A DNA stretch of 32,000 bases from Micrococcus luteus NCTC 2665. Its GTDB lineage: Bacteria; Actinomycetota; Actinomycetes; Actinomycetales; Micrococcaceae. Numbering within the stretch: the first letter of the stretch is position 1; each line of letters opens with the position of its first letter. The notes under the pieces were generated by a model. It was not told where the DNA came from. It saw only the letters and a program-made list of their open reading frames with translations, and searched no databases. Position numbers and translations under genes: made by a program. The stretch is from contig NC_012803.1 of the NCBI RefSeq assembly GCF_000023205.1, positions 1,050,001-1,082,000 of the forward strand. The letters are read 5' to 3'. This document shows, piece after piece, positions 8,680-15,860 of this stretch.

Positions 8680-8723
8680 TCATGAGCCGGGCCATCGTGT
8701 GCACACGATGACCCGGCTCATGA
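8680..8723 (-). terminator. 44-nt near-perfect palindrome directly downstream of tRNA-Gly
   Basis: tcatgagccgggccatcgtgtg (8680-8701) is adjacent to cacacgatgacccggctcatga (8702-8723), with one mismatch (C/A). It starts 8 nt after the tRNA 3' end on the minus strand. No U-tract. Confidence 0.45.
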
Positions 8724-8730
8724 GGTCCGG

Positions 8731-8801
8731 AGGGGATGACGGGAATCGAACCCGCGTAGCCAGTTTGGAAGACTGGGGCTCTACCATTGAGCTACATCCC
8801 C
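8731..8801 (-). tRNA. tRNA-Gly (anticodon UCC)
   Basis: The reverse complement folds as a cloverleaf: acceptor GGGGAUG/CAUCCCC, D arm GCUC-AAUGGUA-GAGC, anticodon arm CCAGU-CUUCCAA-ACUGG, 4-nt variable loop, T arm GCGGG-UUCGAUU-CCCGU, discriminator U. 71 nt; CCA not encoded. Confidence 0.93.
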
Positions 8802-8877
8802 GCGGGGCCGCGCTCGGCGCGGACCAGCGGCTGACACCGTATCACGGCGGGCCCGCGTCGGCCGTGGGGGAAGAGGC

Positions 8878-9771
8878 ATGATGCACGGCTCCCGTCCCGC
8901 CCTCCGCAGGGCCGCGTCCGCCCTCGCCGGCCGTCGTCCACTGCCCCCGCACGGCGCCACCGTCCTCGTGACGGGCGGCGCGTCCGGCATCGGTCGACTG
9001 ATCGCCCTGGGGGCCGCGCGCCGCGGCGCGGGCCGCGTCGTCGTCTGGGACCTCGACCTGCAGGGGGCTGAGGCCGTCGCCGCCGAGATCCGGTCTCAGG
9101 GCGCGGACGCCCGGGCCGAGCGCGTGGACGTGACGGACGCGGCCGCCGTCGAGGCCGCCGCCGCCCGCGCCGGGGAGGTGGACGTCGCCGTGAACAACGC
9201 GGGCGTCGTGACGGGCGTGCGCCTCGAGGACGCCACGGAGGAGGGCATCCGCCGCACCTTCGAGGTGAACGCACTCGCGCCGTACTGGCTGACCCGGGCG
9301 GTCCTGCCCGGAATGCGGGCCCGGGACCGCGGGGCCGTGGTCACGGTGGCCTCGGCCGCGGGGTTGGTCGGCGTCGCACGCCAGACGGACTATTCCGCCA
9401 CCAAGCACGCCGCGGTCGGGTTCGCCGAGTCCCTCGCCGCGGAGCTGCGCAAGGACGGCAGCCGCGTCACCTCCCTGGCCGTCTGCCCCTTCTACATCGA
9501 CACCGGGATGTTCGCTGGCGTGCGCAGCCGGGTGCCCTGGCTGCTGCCCGTGCTGGATCCTCAGCACGTGGCGCAGGAGGTGCTGGACGCCGTCGAGGCC
9601 GGCCGCACGCGCCTGCTGCTGCCGCGCGCCGTCGGCCTGATCGCGCCCCTGCGCGCCCTGCCGGCGCCCGTCTTCGACCGCGCGATGGACGTCCTCGGGG
9701 TCAACGCCACGATGGACGGCTTCACGGGTCGGCGGTCGCGGCTTTTCGCGGGGCGCGAGACGGCGCGCTAG
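8878..9771 (+). CDS. Short-chain dehydrogenase/reductase (SDR) family oxidoreductase
   Basis: ORF-track 8878..9771. Motifs TGGASGIGR (cofactor loop), NNAG, and YSATK (YxxxK catalytic). Confidence 0.85.
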   Translation: MMHGSRPALRRAASALAGRRPLPPHGATVLVTGGASGIGRLIALGAARRGAGRVVVWDLDLQGAEAVAAEIRSQGADARAERVDVTDAAAVEAAAARAGEVDVAVNNAGVVTGVRLEDATEEGIRRTFEVNALAPYWLTRAVLPGMRARDRGAVVTVASAAGLVGVARQTDYSATKHAAVGFAESLAAELRKDGSRVTSLAVCPFYIDTGMFAGVRSRVPWLLPVLDPQHVAQEVLDAVEAGRTRLLLPRAVGLIAPLRALPAPVFDRAMDVLGVNATMDGFTGRRSRLFAGRETAR

Positions 9772-9854
9772 GATTCCACAGTCTGCCCTCGGGCAGTCCC
9801 TCGGGTGTCCGGCGAGCCTCCACCGCGTGAGCCCGCCGGCGTCGGGGACGACGG

Positions 9855-9928
9855 CGGGGTGTAGCTCAGCTTGGTAGAGCGCGCGCTTTGGGAGCGTGAG
9901 GCCGCAGGTTCAAATCCTGTCACCCCGA
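9855..9928 (+). tRNA. tRNA-Pro (anticodon UGG)
   Basis: Acceptor CGGGGUG/CACCCCG, D arm GCUC-AGCUUGGUA-GAGC, anticodon arm CGCGC-UUUGGGA-GCGUG, variable AGGCC, T arm GCAGG-UUCAAAU-CCUGU, discriminator A. 74 nt. Confidence 0.93.
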
Positions 9929-9970
9929 CTCGACGTCAAGACCATCCACCACCACCAACAGGAGTCATCC

Positions 9971-11335
9971 GTGGTCAAGTCCACCGCAGAGAACCTCAGC
10001 CCGACCCGCGTCAAGCTGACCGTCGAGGTGCCGTTCGAGGAGGTGAAGCCCGCCCTGGACAAGGCGTTCAAGGACATCGCCAACCAGGTGCAGATCCCGG
10101 GCTTCCGCCAGGGCAAGATCCCGGCGCGTCTGATCGAGCAGCGCTTCGGCCGCGAGGTCGTCGTGGACCAGGCCGTCAACGAGGGCCTGAACACCTGGTT
10201 CTCCGCCGCCATCGCCGAGGCCGAGCTCACCCCGATCTCCCGCCCCGAGGTCGACGTGACCGCCACCCCGGACGCGGAGAACGCCGAGGGCCCGGTGGCC
10301 TTCACCGCCGAGTTCGACGTGCGCCCGACCATCGAGCTGCCCGACTACAAGGGCCTCAAGGTGACGGTGGAGCCCGCCCAGGCCACCGAGGAGGACGAGC
10401 AGAAGGCCCTCGACGCCCTGCGCTCGCGCTTCGGCTCGCTCAAGGACGTGGACCGCCCGGCCGCCCAGGACGACTTCGTCACGATGAACCTGACCGCCAC
10501 GGTCGACGGTGAGCAGGTCGACCAGGCCGAGGGCCTGTCCTACCAGGTGGGCGCCGGCACCATGCTCGAGGGCATCGACGAGGCCCTCGACGGCCTGTCC
10601 GCCGGCGAGGACGCCACCTTCGAGACCACGCTCAACGGCGGCGAGCACGACGGCGAGACCGCCGTGGTCAAGCTGGAGCTGACGGCCGTCAAGGAGCGCG
10701 AGCTGCCCGAGGCCGACGACGAGTTCGCCCAGCTGGCCTCCGAGTTCGACACCATCGCCGAGCTCAAGGAGGACCTGAAGAAGCAGGCCGCCGAGGAGGC
10801 CGTGAACCGCCAGGGCGTCGAGGCCCGCGACAAGGTCCTCGAGGAGCTGGCCAAGCTCGTCGAGGTCCCGGTGCCGGACGGCGTCATCGCCGAGCAGGTC
10901 GAGCAGCACTTCTCCGCCGGCGGCCACACCGCGGGCGACGACCACGACACCGCCGAGCACCGTGCCGAGCTCGAGCAGAACACCCGCGAGGCGTTCGCCA
11001 ACGAGGTCATCCTGGACGAGGTCGCCGAGGCCGAGGAGGTCACGGTCGACCAGGGCGAGCTGATCGAGTACATCATCGCCACCTCCTCCGAGTACGGCAT
11101 GGACCCGAACCAGTTCGCCATGATGCTCGACCAGGGCGGGCAGATCCCGATGATCATGGGCGAGGTCCGCCGTCGCAAGGCACTGGCCAAGGTCCTCGAG
11201 TACGCCGAGGTCACCGACACCGACGGCAAGGCCGTGGACCTCACGGCGTTCGTGACCCCGGGCGGCCAGGACGCCCTCGACGCTGAGGCCGAGGCGACCG
11301 AGGCCGACGACGCCGAGGCGGCCGAGCAGGCCTGA
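9971..11335 (+). CDS. tig: Trigger factor
   Basis: ORF-track 9896..11335. The 5' part overlaps tRNA-Pro, so the start is set at GTG 9971, 6 nt after AGGAG (9960-9964). [51 protein letters not shown] contains the GFRxGxxP ribosome-binding signature. Acidic C-terminus. Confidence 0.93.
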   Translation: MVKSTAENLSPTRVKLTVEVPFEEVKPALDKAFKDIANQVQIPGFRQGKIPARLIEQRFGREVVVDQAVNEGLNTWFSAAIAEAELTPISRPEVDVTATPDAENAEGPVAFTAEFDVRPTIELPDYKGLKVTVEPAQATEEDEQKALDALRSRFGSLKDVDRPAAQDDFVTMNLTATVDGEQVDQAEGLSYQVGAGTMLEGIDEALDGLSAGEDATFETTLNGGEHDGETAVVKLELTAVKERELPEADDEFAQLASEFDTIAELKEDLKKQAAEEAVNRQGVEARDKVLEELAKLVEVPVPDGVIAEQVEQHFSAGGHTAGDDHDTAEHRAELEQNTREAFANEVILDEVAEAEEVTVDQGELIEYIIATSSEYGMDPNQFAMMLDQGGQIPMIMGEVRRRKALAKVLEYAEVTDTDGKAVDLTAFVTPGGQDALDAEAEATEADDAEAAEQA

Positions 11336-11368
11336 TATCGGCCGGTGGGGGCACACCCCTGCCGGGCC

Positions 11369-11414
11369 ACGACGACGGCGCCCCCGCCCACGCCGGCGGG
11401 GGCGCCGTCGTCGT
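11369..11414 (+). terminator. tig terminator: 20-bp perfect hairpin
   Basis: acgacgacggcgcccccgcc (11369-11388) / cacgcc / ggcgggggcgccgtcgtcgt (11395-11414). No U-tract. Confidence 0.6.
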
Positions 11415-11473
11415 CCCGAGGTCACGGTGGGCGGCCCCGGGCAGGGCCCGCGACGACCTGCGCCAACAGCGAA

Positions 11474-11486
11474 ACGCCGACGGCGT
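11474..11486. promoter_or_regulatory. Palindrome ACGCCG-A-CGGCGT (CGC-N5-GCG core), candidate ClgR-type operator upstream of clpP1
   Basis: Perfect 6-1-6 palindrome 117 nt upstream of the clpP1 start. It fits about 16 of 18 positions of the ClgR consensus WNNWCGCYNANRGCGWWS as I recall it. TAGTGT (11513-11518) is a possible -10 downstream. Confidence 0.3.
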
Positions 11487-11602
11487 CCCGCGCGCTGGCC
11501 CGGACGCCCGGCTAGTGTCGGACTCGATCAGGGACCCGTCCGTCCGCGCGAGCGGCCGCCGTTCGGGAGGCCCGTGGACATCTCGACAGGAAGGCGGAAG
11601 TG

Positions 11603-12217
11603 ATGACCGACATCACCCCCAGCATGCGTTCGGTGGACCCGGCGCAGCGCGAGGATTTCCTCTACACCCAGCTGCTGAAGTCGCGCATCGTCTGGCTGGG
11701 CGAGGACGTCCGTGACGACAACGCCAACGCGATCTGCTCGCAGCTGCTCCTGCTCTCGGCCGAGGACCCGGAGAAGGACATCTACCTGTACATCAACTCC
11801 CCGGGCGGCTCCGTCACCGCGGGCATGGCCATCTACGACACCATGCAGTACATCCCCAACGACGTCGTGACGGTGGCCACCGGCCTCGCCGCGTCCATGG
11901 GCCAGTTCCTGCTCGCCTCGGGCACCAAGGGCAAGCGCTACGCCACGCCCCACGCCCGCGTGCTGATGCACCAGCCCTCCGGCGGCATCGGCGGCACCGA
12001 GTCGGACATCCGCATCCAGGCCCAGCTGATCCTGCACATGAAGCAGGTCATGGCGGAGCTGACCGCCGAGCAGACCGGCCAGTCCGTGGAGACCATCCTC
12101 GAGGACAACGCGCGTGACAAGTGGTTCACCGCGCAGGAGGCCCTCGAGTACGGCTTCATCGACCACATCGCCGACCGTGCCGCGTCCGTGACCGGCGGCG
12201 GCGGCGTCCAGGGCTGA
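11603..12217 (+). CDS. clpP1: ATP-dependent Clp protease proteolytic subunit 1
   Basis: ORF-track 11600..12217 (GTG 11600 or ATG 11603; AGGAAGG at 11588-11594). [18 protein letters not shown], catalytic Ser context AASMGQFLL, His context VLMHQPSGG. Confidence 0.93.
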   Translation: MTDITPSMRSVDPAQREDFLYTQLLKSRIVWLGEDVRDDNANAICSQLLLLSAEDPEKDIYLYINSPGGSVTAGMAIYDTMQYIPNDVVTVATGLAASMGQFLLASGTKGKRYATPHARVLMHQPSGGIGGTESDIRIQAQLILHMKQVMAELTAEQTGQSVETILEDNARDKWFTAQEALEYGFIDHIADRAASVTGGGGVQG

Positions 12218-12258
12218 GCCCGGCCCGGACCGTCCCGACCCTCTCCAGGAGACCAAGA

Positions 12259-12924
12259 ATGACCCAGTTCCCCGCCGGGCTCCCCACCGGGATGCCCTCC
12301 CTGCCCACGCCGGACGCGCGCTACATCCTCCCGCAGTTCGAGGAGCGCACTCCCTACGGCTTCAAGCGCCAGGACCCCTACGCCAAGCTCTTCGAGGACC
12401 GCATCGTCTTCCTCGGCGCGCAGGTGGACGACGCGTCGGCCGACGACGTGATGGCCCAGCTGCTCGTGCTCGAGGCGATGGACTCTGAGCGTGACATCAC
12501 CCTGTACATCAACTCGCCGGGCGGCTCGTTCACGGCCATGACGGCGATCTACGACACCATGCAGTTCATCCGCCCCGAGGTGCAGACCGTGTGCCTGGGC
12601 CAGGCCGCCTCCGCGGCGGCCGTGCTGCTGGCCGCGGGCGCCCCCGGCAAGCGTCTGGCGCTGCCCAACGCGCGCGTGCTGATCCACCAGCCGGCGATGC
12701 AGGGCGACCGCGGCACCGCCACGGACCTGGAGATCCACGCCCAGGAGATCAACCGGATGCGCGTGTGGATGGAGGAGACGCTGGCCTCCCTCACCAACCG
12801 CACGCCCGAGGAGGTCTCGCAGGACATCGACCGGGACAAGTTCCTCTCGGCCGAGCAGGCCCTCGAGTACGGCCTCGTGGACGAGGTCCTCGCCTCCCGC
12901 AAGATCACCCGCCCGTCCGCCTGA
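12259..12924 (+). CDS. clpP2: ATP-dependent Clp protease proteolytic subunit 2
   Basis: ORF-track 12121..12924. Start set at ATG 12259 after AGGAG (12247-12251). [52 protein letters not shown]. Confidence 0.93.
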   Translation: MTQFPAGLPTGMPSLPTPDARYILPQFEERTPYGFKRQDPYAKLFEDRIVFLGAQVDDASADDVMAQLLVLEAMDSERDITLYINSPGGSFTAMTAIYDTMQFIRPEVQTVCLGQAASAAAVLLAAGAPGKRLALPNARVLIHQPAMQGDRGTATDLEIHAQEINRMRVWMEETLASLTNRTPEEVSQDIDRDKFLSAEQALEYGLVDEVLASRKITRPSA

Positions 12925-12936
12925 CCGACGGCGCCC

Positions 12937-12979
12937 GTCGAGGGGTCCGGCCGCACGCCGCGCGGCCGGGCCCCTCGAC
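12937..12979 (+). terminator. Hairpin after clpP2 (18-bp stem, one G-U pair)
   Basis: gtcgaggggtccggccgc (12937-12954) / acgccgc / gcggccgggcccctcgac (12962-12979). Confidence 0.5.
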
Positions 12980-13000
12980 GCCGACCGGGGACCCGGTCCC

Positions 13001-13028
13001 TTAACGTGTCCGTCCACGGTCGTATGCT
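13001..13028 (+). promoter_or_regulatory. Promoter candidate for clpX
   Basis: TTAACG (13001-13006), 16-nt spacer, TATGCT (13023-13028), about 70 nt upstream of ATG 13099. GAGGAG at 13086-13091 is the Shine-Dalgarno. Confidence 0.35.
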
Positions 13029-13098
13029 GGACGGAATCTGACAGCGACGCCGCCCGCGCGGGGCGGACGTCTCCGCCCGGCCCTCGAGGAGTACCACC

Positions 13099-14397
13099 AT
13101 GGCGCGTATCGGAGAGAGCGCTGACCTGCTGAAATGCTCGTTCTGCGGGAAGAGCCAGAAGCAGGTGCGCAAGCTCATCGCCGGCCCGGGTGTCTACATC
13201 TGTGACGAGTGCATCGAGCTGTGCAACGAGATCATCGAGGAGGAGCTCGGCGAGGCGGCGGAGGCGGACGAGACCGTCCTGCCCACCCCGCAGGAGATTT
13301 TCGACCACCTCGAGAGCTTCGTGATCGGCCAGGAGGCGGCCAAGCGTTCCCTCGCCGTCGCCGTGTACAACCACTACAAGCGCGTGCGCGGGCCGCAGGC
13401 GCGGGGCGGTGACCTGGCCGACCGCCTCACCGAGCGGGACGACCTGGCGGACGTCGAGGTCGGCAAGTCGAACATCCTCATGGTCGGCCCCACCGGCTCC
13501 GGCAAGACATATCTCGCGCAGACCCTCGCCCGGCGGCTCAACGTCCCGTTCGCGGTCGCGGACGCCACCAGCCTCACCGAGGCCGGCTATGTGGGTGAGG
13601 ACGTGGAGAACATCCTCCTCAAGCTCATCCAGGCCGCGGACTACGACGTGAAGAAGGCCGAACAGGGCATCATCTACATCGACGAGATCGACAAGATCTC
13701 GCGGAAGTCCGAGAACCCCTCCATCACCCGGGACGTCTCTGGCGAGGGCGTGCAGCAGGCCCTGCTGAAGATCCTCGAGGGCACGGTGGCGTCGGTGCCG
13801 CCGCAGGGCGGGCGCAAGCACCCCCACCAGGAGTTCCTGCAGATCGACACGTCCAACGTGCTGTTCATCGTGGCGGGCGCGTTCGCGGGCCTGGACGAGA
13901 TCATCGGTTCCCGTGCCGGCCGCAAGGGCATCGGGTTCGGCGCGCCCCTGAACCACCTGGGCGCGGGGGACGTCACCTACGCGGACGTGCGGCCGGAGGA
14001 CCTGCTGAAGTTCGGCCTCATCCCCGAGTTCATCGGCCGCCTGCCCGTGATCACCACCGTTGAGGACCTCACGCACGAACAGCTCGTGCGGGTGCTGACC
14101 GAACCGAAGAACGCCCTGCTCAAGCAGTACCAGAAGATGTTCCTCATGGACGGCGTGGAGCTCGAGTTCGAGCAGGACGCCCTGGACGCCGTGGTCGCCC
14201 AGGCCGAGGCCCGCGGCACCGGCGCCCGCGGCCTGCGCTCCATCATGGAGAACGTCCTCAAGCCCGTGATGTTCGAGCTGCCCTCCCGCTCGGACGTGGG
14301 CACGGTCGTCATCTCCGGGGACGTGGTGCGCGGCGAGGCCGAGCCCACGCTCATCCCGGCCGAGGTGGAACGACGTCGACGCGGCCGGAGCGCCTGA
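13099..14397 (+). CDS. clpX: ATP-dependent Clp protease ATP-binding subunit ClpX
   Basis: ORF-track 13099..14397. N-terminal C4 zinc finger ([11 protein letters not shown]...[10 protein letters not shown]), Walker A GPTGSGKT, pore loop GYVGEDV, Walker [10 protein letters not shown]. Confidence 0.95.
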
Positions 14398-14422
14398 CCG
14401 CCGTCGCCCAGCAGGACCGACC

Positions 14423-14439
14423 GGAGCCGAGACGGCTCC
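14423..14439 (+). terminator. Small hairpin after clpX (weak)
   Basis: ggagccg / aga / cggctcc. Only a 7-bp stem, and the next gene starts 21 nt later with its own AAGGAG, so read-through is likely. Confidence 0.2.
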
Positions 14440-14459
14440 CTGATCGCAAGGAGCACAGC

Positions 14460-15077
14460 ATGACCGACACGACGCAGCAGCCCACCGTCGACTTCTACTT
14501 CGACGCCACGTGCCCGTTCGCCTGGATCACCTCTCGGTGGATCCTGGAGGTCCAGAAGGTGCGCGACGTGCGGGTGGTCTTCAAGATCATGTCGCTCGCG
14601 GTCCTGAACGAGGGCCGCGACCTGGACCCCGACTACCTGGCCCGCCTCGAGAAGGCCTGGCTGCCGGCCCGCGCCGCCGTGCAGGTGCGCGAGCGGCACG
14701 GTGCCGAGGCGCTCGGCCCGTGGTACACCGCGGTCGGCACCCGCATCCACGAGCAGGGCCGCACGGACTTCGAGGCCGTGGTGGCCGAGGCCCTCGAGGA
14801 GCTCGGACACGACGCGGACATCCTGGACGCCGCCCGCACCGACGTGGCCGACGAGCAGCTGCGCGCCAGCCAGAAGGAGGCCGAGGACCTCGTGGGCAAC
14901 GACGTCGGCACGCCCGTCGTGGCGTTCAACGGCACCGCCTTCTTCGGTCCCGTGATGACCCGCATCCCGCGCGGGGAGGAGGCGGGCCGCATCTTCGACG
15001 GTGCCGTCGCCCTGGCCGACTTCCCGTACTTCTACGAGATCAAGCGGGCCCGCACCACGGATCCGCAGTTCGACTGA
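14460..15077 (+). CDS. DsbA-fold thiol oxidoreductase, Rv2466c (mycoredoxin-2)-like, with a CPFA instead of CPWC active site
   Basis: ORF-track 14460..15077. VDFYFDATCPFAWITSRWILEVQKVRDV...FFGPVMTRIPRGEEAGRIFDGAV...FYEIKRARTTDPQFD aligns along its length with M. tuberculosis Rv2466c as I remember it. Confidence 0.8.
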   Translation: MTDTTQQPTVDFYFDATCPFAWITSRWILEVQKVRDVRVVFKIMSLAVLNEGRDLDPDYLARLEKAWLPARAAVQVRERHGAEALGPWYTAVGTRIHEQGRTDFEAVVAEALEELGHDADILDAARTDVADEQLRASQKEAEDLVGNDVGTPVVAFNGTAFFGPVMTRIPRGEEAGRIFDGAVALADFPYFYEIKRARTTDPQFD

Positions 15078-15092
15078 GCCCTCCCGGCTCGC

Positions 15093-15141
15093 ACGACGCC
15101 GACCCCACACCTTCAGCGCGAAGGTGTGGGGTCGGCGTCGT
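15093..15141. terminator. 21-bp perfect hairpin between convergent genes
   Basis: acgacgccgaccccacacctt (15093-15113) / cagcgcg / aaggtgtggggtcggcgtcgt (15121-15141). Confidence 0.6.
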
Positions 15142-15162
15142 CGGGGTGCGGGCTGGCGGGGG

Positions 15163-15561
15163 TCAGCTGCGCGCCACTCTGCCGGCCGCACGGATCAGAG
15201 GGACCTGCAGGGGCAGCCGCCCGAGGGAGACCAGTTGCGCCGGCCAGGGCCGGCGTCGCCACCGCCAGGCCATCCACGCGTTGCCGGGCCACACGCCGAG
15301 GAAGAGCGCCTGCGCGGCGCGTCCGCCCGCGCGCCGGGTGCGCGGGACGGCCAGCAGACCCGCCACGGCCAGCTCGGCCACGCCGGAGCCGTGGGTCCAC
15401 GCGCGGGCCGTGCCGGGCAGGAACGGCGGGATCAGCCCGTCGAAGGGTTCGGGTCGGACGAAGTGGAGCACGCCCATGGCGGCGAGGGCGGCGGACATCC
15501 GCCGGGCGGCGGCGTCTGAGGCGCGGCGGCCGGCCGGGGCGGGATCGGGTGTCGGTCTCAT
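15163..15561 (-). CDS. Small membrane protein, DoxX-like (tentative)
   Basis: C-terminal 132 codons of ORF-track 15163..16005 (-), starting at ATG complement 15559-15561 (MRPTPDP...). MSAALAAMGVLHFVRPEPFDGLIPPFLPG...SGVAELAVAGLLAVP...LFLGVWPGNAWMA resembles DoxX-like proteins. The upstream part of the track ORF is Arg/Gly junk overlapping valS. Confidence 0.5.
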   Translation of the reverse strand: MRPTPDPAPAGRRASDAAARRMSAALAAMGVLHFVRPEPFDGLIPPFLPGTARAWTHGSGVAELAVAGLLAVPRTRRAGGRAAQALFLGVWPGNAWMAWRWRRRPWPAQLVSLGRLPLQVPLIRAAGRVARS

Positions 15562-15565
15562 CCTC

Positions 15566-15733
15566 TCAGTGTCCACCCCTGCCGCGGTGACCGCACTGCG
15601 ACATGCGGCAGGAGCGCGACCGGAAGGTGCGCCACGACACCCCCGGGGGGTGCCGCCCCCTCCCGACGAACTCCGATCCGGCGGCGGGCTGTCCGACGTA
15701 CGCTGCGACGTGCCAGATCCGGACCACGAACAT
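15566..15733 (-). CDS. Candidate 55-aa basic, Cys/His-containing small protein (unknown)
   Basis: Below the ORF-track length cutoff. MFVVRIWHVAAYVGQPAAGSEFVGRGRHPPGVSWRTFRSRSCRMSQCGHRGRGGH. About 50 of 55 third positions are G/C, against clearly lower values in the other two frames I translated across this stretch. Its TGA stop lies 4 nt before the DoxX-like ATG. Confidence 0.35.
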   Translation of the reverse strand: MFVVRIWHVAAYVGQPAAGSEFVGRGRHPPGVSWRTFRSRSCRMSQCGHRGRGGH

Positions 15734-15860
15734 CCCGCGCTGACGGCAGCGGGCGACCTGCCACGAGCGTGATGACGGCCCCGCCGCCCGTGACGGGCGA
15801 CGGGGCCGTCGTCGTGCCGCGTGCGCTCCCGAGACACCTTCAGGGAACGCGCGGCGCGGA

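Noticed and set aside
8699-8881. 60-aa plus-strand ORF (MHTMTRLMRSGGDDGNRTRV...)
   Set aside because: It lies across the palindrome and the antisense of tRNA-Gly. The tRNA cloverleaf explains the sequence.
9896-9970. N-terminal extension of tig ([14 protein letters not shown]...)
   Set aside because: It overlaps the 3' half of tRNA-Pro. An AGGAG-spaced GTG at 9971 gives the canonical trigger-factor N-terminus.
11938-14076. 712-aa minus-strand ORF antisense to clpP1/clpP2/clpX. Other very long alternate-frame or antisense ORFs behave the same way: 126..1007 -, 1157..2209 +, 3488..4720 +, 4907..6250 +, 9965..11425 -, 16188..18701 +, 23619..25853 -, 25762..27765 -, 27990..29372 -, 29980..31890 -.
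   Set aside because: These are typical shadow ORFs of high-GC DNA, where stop codons are rare in every frame. Their translations are Arg/Gly/Pro/Ala-rich low-complexity strings with no motifs, and each overlaps a gene with unmistakable family signatures on the other strand or frame.
15558-15764. 68-aa minus-strand ORF in the valS downstream spacer
   Set aside because: It has many A/T third positions, unlike the overlapping 55-codon frame, and its stop overlaps the DoxX-like start region awkwardly. Probably non-coding.
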